A stretch of DNA of 64,000 nt from an uncultured delta proteobacterium (lineage in GTDB: Bacteria > Desulfobacterota > Desulfuromonadia > Desulfuromonadales > BM103): positions 160,001-224,000 of the forward strand of contig CAVQRZ010000014.1 of assembly GCA_963715335.1 (NCBI GenBank). The letters run 5' to 3'. A program made the position numbers and the translations under genes. This document shows positions 29,257 through 41,247 of the stretch, piece by piece; within the stretch, counting starts at the first letter, position 1; each line of letters begins with the position of its first letter. The notes beneath the pieces are model-generated. The model searched no databases. It was given only the letters and a program-made list of their open reading frames with translations, and was not told the origin of the DNA.

Positions 29257-29795
29257 TGAAAGACAAGTCGGAAGATTTGCTGGAAGTGGGTGTCGTCGTC
29301 GGCACTCACGGTCTCAAGGGCGACCTGAAAATTCGACCATTGCCGACCGGGGGCTTGGCTTTGCCGGGTGCCCGAACGGTTTATCTCAGAGACAGCGAGG
29401 GCCTCCTGGTCCGACACGAAGCTGTCCGCTCCTCTCCCCATAAGCAGAATATCCTGTTGAGGCTCTCCGGATTGGAGAACCTCATCGCAGTGCAAGGCCT
29501 GGTCGGGGCATACGTGCTGATGGCTAACGTCGACCTTCCGGAATTGGAGGATGACCAGTTCTACTGGTCCGAACTGGAAGGCATGACCGTGGTCGATCGT
29601 CAGCACGGCGAGATCGGTCAGGTCGTCGGCATGTTCAGCACTCCGGCACACGATATTATTGAAATCGAGGGCCCGGCAGGAGAAATCCTGGTCCCGGCTG
29701 TCGAGCCTTTCCTGGTGGAGCTTGATCGCGACAAGCAGCGTCTGCATGTTGATCTGCCGGAAGGGCTGATCCCGGATGCTGATGACAGTCTCTGA
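29253..29795 (+). CDS. rimM: Ribosome maturation factor RimM
   Basis: VGTHGLKGDLKI, LPELEDDQFYWSELEG and ILVPAV. Confidence 0.95.
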   Translation: MMKDKSEDLLEVGVVVGTHGLKGDLKIRPLPTGGLALPGARTVYLRDSEGLLVRHEAVRSSPHKQNILLRLSGLENLIAVQGLVGAYVLMANVDLPELEDDQFYWSELEGMTVVDRQHGEIGQVVGMFSTPAHDIIEIEGPAGEILVPAVEPFLVELDRDKQRLHVDLPEGLIPDADDSL

Positions 29796-29822
29796 TGTCT
29801 AAGTCGACGAATCGAAAACATG

Positions 29823-29938
29823 GCCACCAGGTCGCAAAGACACGAAAACCACACATTAAAGTGTTGGCGTTATAAAAATCGAAGTGAGAAAATTTCTGAG
29901 CCGGTCTGGCTGTCTTGGTGTCTCCGTGCCTTGGTGGC
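29823..29938. repeat. REP-doublet-like 26-bp imperfect inverted repeat between rimM and trmD
   Basis: GCCACCAGGTCGCAAAGACACGAAAA (29823-29848) vs the reverse complement of 29913-29938, GCCACCAAGGCACGGAGACACCAAGA. Confidence 0.6.
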
Positions 29939-29975
29939 TCCAACCACCCTTTAACCCTGTTGCAGTGATAAACTT

Positions 29976-30720
29976 ATGCGTTTCGATATCCTGACTCTTT
30001 TCCCGGCCATGTTTGAAGGCCCTTTCCAGGCGAGTATCCTCGGCAAGGCGGTTGACAAGGGGTTGATCACTGTCAACCTGCACAACTTGCGCGATTGGGC
30101 GGAAGGCCGGCACCAGGTAACGGATGACACCCCTTACGGCGGCGGTGACGGCATGGTCATGAAGGTTGATCCGATCGCCCTTGCCCTGGCCGACCTGAAA
30201 AAGCAGACCCCGCAATCCCGCGTCCTGCTCATGTCGCCGCAGGGACGACCTTTCCGGCAGACCGATGCCGAACGCTATAGCGAGGGAGTCCGGGTTGGTT
30301 TTTGTCTGCGGCCGTTACGAGGGCTACGACGAGAGGGTCCGGTCACTGGTTGATGATGAAGTCTCCCTGGGTGATTTTGTCCTGACCGGCGGCGAATTGG
30401 CGGCGGCGGTGGTTCTCGATGCGACGGCACGCTTGGTGCCGGGAGTTCTCGGCGCTCCGGGCAGTGCCCTGACGGACAGTTTCAGCGATGGACTGCTCGA
30501 GTATCCGCAATACACGCGTCCGGCAGAATTCAACGGCATGTGCGTCCCTGAAGTCCTGCTCTCCGGCAACCACCAGGCGATTGCCCGGTGGCGACGCCGC
30601 GAACAGCTTCGACGCACCCTGGAGCGTCGACCGGAACTGCTTGATAAGGCCCCTTTGACCACCGACGATCGACGTTTTCTCGAAGAGTTGCGGCTCTTGT
30701 CAGGAAAGCAGACCACGTAA
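29976..30720 (+). CDS. trmD: tRNA (guanine37-N1)-methyltransferase; one extra base near 30275-30283 splits it into two ORFs
   Basis: The N-half ([27 protein letters not shown]) and C-half ([30 protein letters not shown]) are in adjacent frames. Confidence 0.93.
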
Positions 30721-31292
30721 TGCTCAAGCCGATGGCGATTGCTCTGGTGCACCACCCGGTCCTGGACCGACGCGGTGATGTGGTGACGTCCGCGGTCACC
30801 AACCTGGACATCCATGATCTGGCCCGCCTGGCAACGACTTACGGCCTGTGCCGCTATTATATTGTGACTCCCGCCGTTGAACAGCAACTCCTTACCGCCC
30901 GGATTGTCAAGCATTGGCAGGAAGGGTATGGCGCCAGCTACAACCCTGACCGGCGTCGCGCCCTCGACTGCCTGCAGGTGATGAATAGCCTTGATGCTGC
31001 CTTTGCAGACTGGTACTCCCTGAATGGACAGGAAGGGGTCGTCGTCCTGACCGGTGCCGGCCACGAGAACGGCATCGACTACGCGGACGCGAGAGGGCTG
31101 GCTGCACGACAGCCCGTGTTGCTGGTCTTCGGTACCGGACATGGTTTGGCCAAGGAGCTGTACACGTCTGAACGTCCCTGCCTGGCCCCGGTTCGGGCTG
31201 GTCGTTACAATCATCTCTCTGTGCGCACTGCTGCCGCGGTTGTCATCGACCGGTTGCTCGGCGAACAGGATTCGACCCAGCCCCTGCCATAG
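30720..31292 (+). CDS. SPOUT RNA methyltransferase (TrmD-associated family)
   Basis: ALVHHPV..VTSAVTNLDIHDLAR and FGTGHGL..YNHLSVRTAAAVVIDRL. Confidence 0.88.
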   Translation: MLKPMAIALVHHPVLDRRGDVVTSAVTNLDIHDLARLATTYGLCRYYIVTPAVEQQLLTARIVKHWQEGYGASYNPDRRRALDCLQVMNSLDAAFADWYSLNGQEGVVVLTGAGHENGIDYADARGLAARQPVLLVFGTGHGLAKELYTSERPCLAPVRAGRYNHLSVRTAAAVVIDRLLGEQDSTQPLP

Positions 31293-31372
31293 CCTCAGCA
31301 GTTTTCAAAGCGCCGTGCATGCCCGTATGGCATGAGGTACAATGCTTACACCTTGAAGGCTGGAGGATGGAT

Positions 31373-32005
31373 ATGTTCAGGAGCCTGTTGCTTGCCGTTC
31401 TGGTGTCGTCCCTGTTTACGGCCTCTTCTGCCGCTGGCGGCATCACTGTTGCCAAGGACCTGGTCTTTACCCTCGATCCTGTCGACGGCTGGACGGTGTA
31501 CCTGGCCGATCCGCCCGAGGCGCTGGTGCAGGAGATGGCTCGTCACGTCGCCCATGAACCTGCAGCAGCCAAAGCGACACCGGAGCAGATTGAGATAGTC
31601 GCCCGCAAGAGGCTGGCGACGAATGAAGCGATCGTCTACCATGCCTCCAGCGGTGCGCACCTCGATATCGACTTCAGCCCGCTTGATGAAGGGGCGTCGG
31701 CTCCGAGCTCCGGGGCGCTGAAAAATTCTGCAGAATACGCCGCCCGCAGCCTGGCAATAGAGAATGATGTGTCAGACGCTGTATGGGACGTCAAGGCAGT
31801 CAAGTTTGATGGTGCAGGGGACACATACCTGCTCTCGGTGAAATTTCTGAAACATGGCGTCCCGATGATTTTCCGGGGCTACGTCGGTACGGTTGAAAGG
31901 TCCTGGTTCTTCCTCTATTTTACGGCTCCCGAAGATGCCCCGCGGGTCCTGCAGGAGATGGAGTCGATGCTCGCAAACGCATCGATTCGTATTGTCGGGC
32001 CCTGA
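31373..32005 (+). CDS. Exported hypothetical protein
   Basis: GGAGG RBS 6 nt before ATG31373; signal peptide MFRSLLLAVLVSSLFTASSAA. Confidence 0.7.
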   Translation: MFRSLLLAVLVSSLFTASSAAGGITVAKDLVFTLDPVDGWTVYLADPPEALVQEMARHVAHEPAAAKATPEQIEIVARKRLATNEAIVYHASSGAHLDIDFSPLDEGASAPSSGALKNSAEYAARSLAIENDVSDAVWDVKAVKFDGAGDTYLLSVKFLKHGVPMIFRGYVGTVERSWFFLYFTAPEDAPRVLQEMESMLANASIRIVGP

Positions 32006-32156
32006 GATGATGCGAGCCGCAAAAGCCCGTCTCGACAAAGAGCTCGCAACGACGCCGCACAGCGCAGATTGAAGGAAAAAAATCATTTTTTTGTCTTGAC
32101 TCTTTTCTCTATAATACGGTAAATAAGCGGTTCGCTTATCTGAGGAGGCTAAAACG

Positions 32157-32504
32157 ATGAACGTTGTCAATTACATCGGCATGGAAAATATGAGGAAAGA
32201 TATCCCCCAGTTCAAAGCAGGGGATACACTGCGTGTACACGTCAAGATCACTGAGGGCGACAAGCAGCGGATCCAGGTCTTTCAGGGCGTCTGCATCAAG
32301 CGTCGTAACAGCGGTGTCGGTTCGACCTTTACCGTACGCAAGGTCTCTAATGGCATGGGCGTAGAGAGGGTTTTCCCTCTGCACGGACCGGTCCTCGACA
32401 AGGTTGAGGTGATGACGGTCGGTCGGGTTCGTCGCGCCAAACTGTACTACCTGCGCAATTTGCAGGGCAAAGCCGCTCGTATCAAGGAAGTGCGCTTCCG
32501 CTAA
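32157..32504 (+). CDS. rplS: 50S ribosomal protein L19
   Basis: [41 protein letters not shown]. Confidence 0.98.
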   Translation: MNVVNYIGMENMRKDIPQFKAGDTLRVHVKITEGDKQRIQVFQGVCIKRRNSGVGSTFTVRKVSNGMGVERVFPLHGPVLDKVEVMTVGRVRRAKLYYLRNLQGKAARIKEVRFR

Positions 32505-32526
32505 GCGGGCAACACATAATCTTTTC

Positions 32527-32557
32527 AAGCCCCGGCCAATCGGTCGGGGCTTTTTTT
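32527..32557 (+). terminator. Rho-independent terminator after rplS
   Basis: AAGCCCCGGCC-aatc-GGTCGGGGCTT followed by TTTTT. Confidence 0.85.
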
Positions 32558-32736
32558 GTCTGACATCCACGGTGCTTGCAGGGCCCTGCAAAAGATGACC
32601 ATTGGGCTCCTGGATCGGGACGCCCAGACGCTGTTAATCCCTTTATTCCGTTGACCTGAGTCGGTACTGGTGTAAACTGATAATATATTAATTTACCGAT
32701 GTTTTTTAGGTCTGCGTAAGCTGGAGTAACTTTAAA

Positions 32737-32940
32737 ATGTCCATGAAAGTCGATGTCGAGTTAAAAGATGGTGCGGTCTGTCAGATGGCCAAGCAGGCGT
32801 TTAATGTTTTTCTCTCTCTGGACCGGGTGGCCAGGTTCAGGCGATCTGACGGTTGGATTGTTGTCAGAACAGGGCCATTGAGAGACCTGGAGAAGGACAA
32901 CGATTATCCTGCTCTTGCCGACCGCAGAACTGTCGTCTGA
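32737..32940 (+). CDS. Small protein resembling the GSU3473 family
   Basis: RVARFRRSDGWIVV..PLR..Y..DRR pattern recalled for this Geobacter/Desulfuromonas family; GGAG RBS. Confidence 0.6.
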   Translation: MSMKVDVELKDGAVCQMAKQAFNVFLSLDRVARFRRSDGWIVVRTGPLRDLEKDNDYPALADRRTVV

Positions 32941-33052
32941 GGTTGCCGGCTTTGCCGGGGATCCCTTAGCAGCGGATATTGCCGGTTTCTTTTTATTGAA
33001 TTGCCCCGCCAATTCATGAATACTGTTGGCCAATCCTGCAAGGTCTTGGTCA

Positions 33053-33688
33053 ATGGAACTCTTCTCGGAAACACCACAATCACAGCTTTTCTTCGAGGCT
33101 CTGGCGCGGCGTCGCGGCTACCGTGCTGTTGCCGGCATCGATGAGGCCGGCCGCGGCCCTCTGGCCGGTCCGGTTGTCGCAGCCGCGGTGATCCTGCCGG
33201 AGAATTTTGACCTGCCCGGGCTGAATGATTCCAAGCAGATTTCCGAAAAAAAACGCAATCAACTCTTCCCGATGATTTGCGAGCAGGCCCTGGCTGTTGG
33301 CATAGGTGTCAGCCGGGCCGCTGAAATTGACCGGATCAACATCCTCCAGGCGACTCTGCTGGGGATGTCCCGCGCTGTGCAGCGCCTGCCGGTTGCACCG
33401 GATTTTCTTCTGGTCGACGGGATTACCCCCGTTCCTTTGGAGATTGAACAGAAGACACTGAAGAAGGGCGACTGCCGTTCACTTTCGATCGCCGCGGCAT
33501 CGGTTGTCGCCAAGGTCGTGCGGGACCGCATCATGCTCACCTATGACCGGCTCTTCCCTGAGTACGGTTTCTCCGGCCACAAGGGCTATGGCAGTCAGAA
33601 ACACCGCGAAGCTGTGGCCCTGTTTGGGCCGTGTGTCTGCCATCGGCGAACCTTCGCCGGGGTCAGGGAATACTGTGAAACGCCATGA
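33053..33688 (+). CDS. rnhB: Ribonuclease HII
   Basis: AGIDEAGRGPLAGPVVAAAV, LNDSK and SIAAASVVAKVVRD. Confidence 0.96.
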   Translation: MELFSETPQSQLFFEALARRRGYRAVAGIDEAGRGPLAGPVVAAAVILPENFDLPGLNDSKQISEKKRNQLFPMICEQALAVGIGVSRAAEIDRINILQATLLGMSRAVQRLPVAPDFLLVDGITPVPLEIEQKTLKKGDCRSLSIAAASVVAKVVRDRIMLTYDRLFPEYGFSGHKGYGSQKHREAVALFGPCVCHRRTFAGVREYCETP

Positions 33689-34047
33689 CTGAAGCAAGGC
33701 TGAGCCTGGGGCGCATGGGCGAAGATGCCGCTGCGCAGTACTTGCAGCGGCTTGGCATGACAATCCTGCAACGTAACCTCAACACGCCGGTCGGTGAGAT
33801 CGACCTGGTCGCACGGCATCGGCGCACCCTGGTTTTCGTCGAGGTTAAGACCCGGCGCAGTTCGGCCTTCGGCTCTCCTGCTGAAGCTGTGGGCCCGCGC
33901 AAGCAGCGGCAGATCATCCGGGCGGCCAAGTGGTATCTGAACAACAGCCCGGGAAAAGGCCTGCAGCCACGTTTCGACGTAGTCTCGATCCTGGTCAAAG
34001 GCAGTGACCTCGAGGTTGAACACCTCCCCGGGGCTTTCGAAGCCTGA
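33685..34047 (+). CDS. yraN: YraN-family (UPF0102) nuclease-like protein
   Basis: LGRMGEDAA..GEIDLVA..LVFVEVKTR..PRFDVV. Confidence 0.93.
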   Translation: MTEARLSLGRMGEDAAAQYLQRLGMTILQRNLNTPVGEIDLVARHRRTLVFVEVKTRRSSAFGSPAEAVGPRKQRQIIRAAKWYLNNSPGKGLQPRFDVVSILVKGSDLEVEHLPGAFEA

Positions 34048-34174
34048 TTCTGCCGGTTGCCGAACTGTCCCCAAATGGACCGGGTCGTTTGTTCTGTTTG
34101 CTTTTCCCCCATTAGCCAATTAAAATAGTAGTTCTTTCAGTTATTTCCATTACCTGACTTGCCGATTCAAGGAG

Positions 34175-36151
34175 TTGCCAGTGTCAATGTTGCTGCGGGA
34201 AATGGGTATGATCAGGGTTGCGGCGGTCTCACCAGCGCTAAAAGTTGCCGATGTTGACTTCAACCTGGCCGCTATTGAAGAGGCAACCCTGCAGGCTGCT
34301 GACCAGGGGGCGCAGCTGGTGGTCTTCCCCGAGCTGTCCCTGACCGGCTATTCGTGCGGTGATCTGTTTTACCAGCAGAGCCTGCTTGAACGGGTCCGTG
34401 AGGGGCTCAACACCCTGACCACCCTGAGTGACCAGACCGGGATGATCCTGATTGTCGGCGCACCGGTCCGCCAGTCCGGGCGATTGTTCAACGCGGCCGT
34501 TGTCATGAGCCATGGACGAATTTGTGGCGTGGTGCCGAAAACCTACTTGCCGAACACCCAGGAGTTCTATGAGGAACGCTGGTTCTCAAGCGCCCTAGAT
34601 CTGGTCGATGACCAGCTGGCCTGGCTCGAAGAAGCCCCGCCGTTCGGTACCGACCTGCTGTTTGACGTAGATGGCATGCCGGACTGCCTGTTCGGCATCG
34701 AAATCTGCGAAGATGCCTGGGTGGCCAGCCCCCCGAGTGGCGCCATGGCCTCTGCCGGTGCGACCCTGCTGATCAACCTGTCTGCGAGTCCCGAGATCCT
34801 GGGGAAATGCGATTATCGCCGGGCCCTGGTCCAGGCACAGTCGGCGCGCTGTCTGGCCGCGTATGTTTACGCATCGGCCGGGCCGGGTGAATCGAGTACC
34901 GACCTGGTTTTCTCCGGGCATTCACTGATCGCGGAATACGGTCAAATTCTTGATGAAACCGAACGTTTCCAGTTTACCAGCCAGATCGCCATTGCCGATA
35001 TTGACATCCAGCGGCTGGTCCACGAGCGCTTGCGCAACAACAGCTTTGCCGCCTGCCAGGCGGAGCAGGACTTTTTGCTGGTGCCGGTCGAGGTCACGGT
35101 GCGTGATGCAGACAAACTGCTCAGGCCAATGACCAAGACCCCTTTCGTTCCGGGGGGCACCGTCGAACGGCAGACCCGCTGTGAAGAAATCTTTGCCATC
35201 CAGACAACGGGTTTGATGAAACGCCTGATGCATACCGGCAGCCAGAAGGCCTTGGTGGGGATTTCCGGTGGCCTCGACTCGACCCTGGCCCTGTTGGTGA
35301 CAATCAAAGCTTTCGATCGCCTTGGCTGGTCCAGGGGCGATATCCTGGCTATAACGATGCCCGGTTTCGGGACCACCGACAGGACCCGGGGGAACGCAGC
35401 GACCCTTGCTGGTGAGCTGGGTGTCAGTCTCCGCACAATCAGTATTGATGCCGCCGTCCATCAACACTTTGCCGATATCGGTCAAGACCCCGGGAACCAC
35501 GACATCACCTACGAGAATTCCCAGGCCCGCGAGCGGACCCAGATCCTCATGGACCTGGCGAACCAGGTCGGCGGCCTGGTCATCGGTACCGGCGACCTGT
35601 CGGAGCTGGCGCTCGGTTGGGCCACCTACAACGGCGATCACATGTCTATGTACGGGGTCAATTCGTCAGTTCCGAAAACGCTCGTGCGTTATCTGATCGA
35701 ATGGTGCGCCGAGGCCGAATTCAGCGGCAGAGCGGCAGACGTCCTGCGCGATATCTGCGCGACCCCGGTTTCCCCTGAATTGCTGCCACCGGATGAATCC
35801 GGCGAGATTGCTCAGAAGACCGAGGACCATGTCGGCCCCTACGACCTGCACGATTTCTTCCTCTTCCATGTGGTTCGCAACCAGTTTGCCCCGCGCAAGA
35901 TACTGGAACTTGCTTCACGGGCGTTTGTGGAAGACTACCCACGGGACGAGATCCTGAAGTGGCTGAAGCTTTTCTACCGCCGCTTCTTCTCCCAGCAATT
36001 CAAGAGGTCCTGCCTGCCTGACGGTCCCAAGGTCGGCACGGTTTCCCTGTCGCCCCGTGGGGACTGGCGCATGCCGAGTGATGCCAGCGCTGCACTGTGG
36101 CTCGCTGAACTCGACCAGCTTGCTGCCGGAAAGAAAAGGAAGGGCTCCTGA
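34175..36151 (+). CDS. nadE: Glutamine-dependent NAD+ synthetase
   Basis: Nitrilase-like domain ([20 protein letters not shown]) plus synthetase motifs [19 protein letters not shown] and [14 protein letters not shown]. Confidence 0.96.
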   Translation: MPVSMLLREMGMIRVAAVSPALKVADVDFNLAAIEEATLQAADQGAQLVVFPELSLTGYSCGDLFYQQSLLERVREGLNTLTTLSDQTGMILIVGAPVRQSGRLFNAAVVMSHGRICGVVPKTYLPNTQEFYEERWFSSALDLVDDQLAWLEEAPPFGTDLLFDVDGMPDCLFGIEICEDAWVASPPSGAMASAGATLLINLSASPEILGKCDYRRALVQAQSARCLAAYVYASAGPGESSTDLVFSGHSLIAEYGQILDETERFQFTSQIAIADIDIQRLVHERLRNNSFAACQAEQDFLLVPVEVTVRDADKLLRPMTKTPFVPGGTVERQTRCEEIFAIQTTGLMKRLMHTGSQKALVGISGGLDSTLALLVTIKAFDRLGWSRGDILAITMPGFGTTDRTRGNAATLAGELGVSLRTISIDAAVHQHFADIGQDPGNHDITYENSQARERTQILMDLANQVGGLVIGTGDLSELALGWATYNGDHMSMYGVNSSVPKTLVRYLIEWCAEAEFSGRAADVLRDICATPVSPELLPPDESGEIAQKTEDHVGPYDLHDFFLFHVVRNQFAPRKILELASRAFVEDYPRDEILKWLKLFYRRFFSQQFKRSCLPDGPKVGTVSLSPRGDWRMPSDASAALWLAELDQLAAGKKRKGS

Positions 36152-36156
36152 CCGTT

Positions 36157-37020
36157 ATGCAGGAAGGGCAGGGCAAACAGGTCCCGGGCACGCTCTACGT
36201 GGTGGCGACACCGATCGGCAACCTCGAAGACATCACCTATCGGGCGGTATCAACCCTCGGTGACGTTGACCTGGTGGTTGCAGAGGATACCCGTCACAGT
36301 CGCAAACTCCTCGATCGTTTCGGTATCCGCAAGCCGTTGTTGTCATACCACGACCATAACGAGCGGCAGCGGTACGGAGAAATCCTGGAACGCCTGCAGG
36401 CCGGTGAAAATGTTGCCCTGATCAGCGACGCCGGGACACCTTGTATCGCGGATCCCGGTTATCGCCTGATCGCCTCCTGCAGGGGTGCCGGCGTGCCGGT
36501 AGTGCCGATCCCTGGAGCGTCGGCCCTGGTCGCGGCGCTCAGTGCCTGCGGAGTGGCAACCGATCGTTTCGCTTTTGAAGGTTACCTGCCAGCGCGCGCC
36601 AAGGCGCGCACCGACCTGCTCAAACGCCTGGCTGGTGAACAGCGCACCTTGGTCTTCTACGAGACTCCGCACCGGTTGACGGCCGCTCTGAACGACCTGG
36701 CGCAGGTTTTAGGCGGAGAGCGTTCGCTGGTTGTTGCCAGAGAAATGACCAAGATGCACGAGGAGTTTTTTCACGGCACGGTAGATGACGCTGTCGCACA
36801 CTTTTCGCGACAACCGGTGAAAGGCGAGATCGTTCTGATCCTTCCGCCAAGCGCCGAGGGTCCGCAGATGAATGCGCGTGATGCCTTGCGCGACCTGCTG
36901 GATGAAAAAAGCCTGTCACGTCGCGACGCTGTCAAGGTGATCGCCAAGGAATATGGTCTGCCTGTCAGTGATGTGTACCGGGAAAGTCTCACTCTGACAG
37001 AAGAAGACAGGGCAGACTGA
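36157..37020 (+). CDS. rsmI: 16S rRNA (cytidine1402-2'-O)-methyltransferase
   Basis: LYVVATPIGNLEDIT, ISDAGTPCIADPG and AREMTKMHEE. Confidence 0.96.
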   Translation: MQEGQGKQVPGTLYVVATPIGNLEDITYRAVSTLGDVDLVVAEDTRHSRKLLDRFGIRKPLLSYHDHNERQRYGEILERLQAGENVALISDAGTPCIADPGYRLIASCRGAGVPVVPIPGASALVAALSACGVATDRFAFEGYLPARAKARTDLLKRLAGEQRTLVFYETPHRLTAALNDLAQVLGGERSLVVAREMTKMHEEFFHGTVDDAVAHFSRQPVKGEIVLILPPSAEGPQMNARDALRDLLDEKSLSRRDAVKVIAKEYGLPVSDVYRESLTLTEEDRAD

Positions 37021-37243
37021 CGGCAACCGGGTCGCGCCACGCGACGATCCTCAGCTCGTCCAGGGCCGTGACGTGTCTGCATCAGGATACCCGGTACCCG
37101 GTCATTTCGCATATGCTCCTGCCCATGATTGTCAGCACCTCCTCCCGCCAACGCGGAAACCTGGATTCCCGGTAAAAAAGACACCTGTCCAATCCGCCGG
37201 AATCTATCCGTTTTTATCTTATCTTATAGCGCTGCCGATGAAT

Positions 37244-37259
37244 TGGAACGCCCCTTGCT
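37244..37259 (+). promoter_or_regulatory. Sigma54 (-24/-12) promoter
   Basis: TGGAAC-GCCCC-TTGCT with GG-N10-GC spacing, about 70 bp before the OMP start; AT-rich tract upstream. Confidence 0.72.
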
Positions 37260-37327
37260 CTTGTTCTCTGTGAACAGCAGACGACAGAGCTGCAGAACTG
37301 AATGCAGTTCAGGAGTGGAGGCGGCCC

Positions 37328-38080
37328 ATGTTTTTCACCAAACGAGTGATGATTGTCGCAGCGCTGGCAGGTTGCCTGGCCTCTCCAACCCTGGCCGATG
37401 AGATCGTCTCGCTAAAAGGGGGCTATTACAAGCTTGAGCCCTCCGGAGATGTTGGTGTCGGCGGAGACGCCCTGGACATCGAAGGTGACCTGGGGATCGA
37501 TGACGACGACGGTTTCTTCGCCGAAGCAGCTTTTCAGTTGGGGGGGGTTCGACTCTTTGCCAGCTACATGCCGATGAGCTTCAGCGGGTCAAGCGTCCTG
37601 TCCCGGGACATCGATTTCAACGGTGAAACTTTCGTCGCAGGGCAACGAATTGACAGTGATATAGATATCGATATCTACGAAGCCGGCCTGGCCTGGTTCC
37701 TGATCAATATGGACGACCTGCCGCTGCGGATTCAGTTCGGTCCGGAAGTGGCGATAAAGTACATCGATACCCGGGTCGAACTGCAAGAGAAGGGGCTTGC
37801 CACGCAAGAGTCAGAGAGCGTCGGTGTGCCGATCCCGTCTTTGGGAGCGAGAGCCCGCATCGGCATCGCCGATTATCTCGGTTTGGTCGGTCGGGTAGGT
37901 TACATGGAGTATCATGGCAACAGCTTAACGGATATCGATGCCCAGGTGGAATATTCACCGATTCCCATGGTGGCAATTTTCGCCGGCTACCGGCATCTGG
38001 ATATGGATATTGATGAAGATGGTGTTCTGATTGATGCAAAATTCTCCGGTCCGCACGCCGGAGCGCTGATCCGCTTCTGA
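37328..38080 (+). CDS. Outer-membrane beta-barrel protein (TIGR04219-like)
   Basis: Signal peptide, acidic amphipathic strands and C-terminal AGYR..FSGPHAGALIRF. Confidence 0.75.
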   Translation: MFFTKRVMIVAALAGCLASPTLADEIVSLKGGYYKLEPSGDVGVGGDALDIEGDLGIDDDDGFFAEAAFQLGGVRLFASYMPMSFSGSSVLSRDIDFNGETFVAGQRIDSDIDIDIYEAGLAWFLINMDDLPLRIQFGPEVAIKYIDTRVELQEKGLATQESESVGVPIPSLGARARIGIADYLGLVGRVGYMEYHGNSLTDIDAQVEYSPIPMVAIFAGYRHLDMDIDEDGVLIDAKFSGPHAGALIRF

Positions 38081-38109
38081 TTGATTGCCTCCTTCAGTCA
38101 TGGGTCGAG

Positions 38110-38141
38110 AAAAGAGCAGCCGCTTGGCTGCTCTTTTTTTT
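38110..38141. terminator. Bidirectional terminator between the OMP gene and acyP
   Basis: AAAAGAGCAGCC-gctt-GGCTGCTCTTTTTTTT. Confidence 0.85.
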
Positions 38142-38160
38142 GACCCCGGCGGAGGTTTGT

Positions 38161-40604
<2,444 letters not shown>

Positions 40605-40612
40605 CTAAAACC

Positions 40613-41025
40613 AAAACCGGCGGGTCGCGTCCCGCCCGACGCCATACTTTTGTCCGGCAACAAAAGTATGCAAAAGTGCCTTTCTCCTTGCGGAGGGCAT
40701 CTCCTCTGCGGGATTTCTATGACCTCAACAGACATGCTGTAAGAGGATCCGGCCCTGTGTCAAAGGGCCTGACCTTTCCGTGTGACTTACAAGGGAAAAG
40801 CCAAAACATACCTCTACCTACGCAAGCCTCCACAGCAGGAGAGGCTCTCAAGAGCCTCGGCTCCTGCGGGGGAAGCGTAGACTCTTGATCGTTTAGAACA
40901 ATCCGGATTGAGGTTGCCGCCCTTCCGAACCAGACATGCCCAGCGCAGCGCAGGCCCTTTTCTGCTTACTCTTTTAGGCCAGTAAAAGAGTAAGGCGCAG
41001 TCGGGGGGCGCAACCCCCGGGTTTT
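40613..41025. repeat. ~410 bp structured non-coding repeat, copy 2 (inverted relative to copy 1)
   Basis: Reverse complement aligns end to end with 13451-13860; lies in the divergent ligA/corC-like intergenic region. Confidence 0.92.
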
Positions 41026-41247
41026 AAGTTTTGCTCTTCGAGTTTTAGTGTTTTGAGTGAAATTATCAATCCGGTGGTGCTGCTACATCAGAAATGCTGA
41101 CCTCATGCAACGTGGTCGTATGTCGGGACATACCCCATATTCATTCTCACTTCTCCACATAACCAATTGTTTTTCCAGCCACTGTCAGTTATATTCTCTC
41201 AAAACCACAAATAATCAGTCCCAGCCTGAAACGGACAATTATATACC

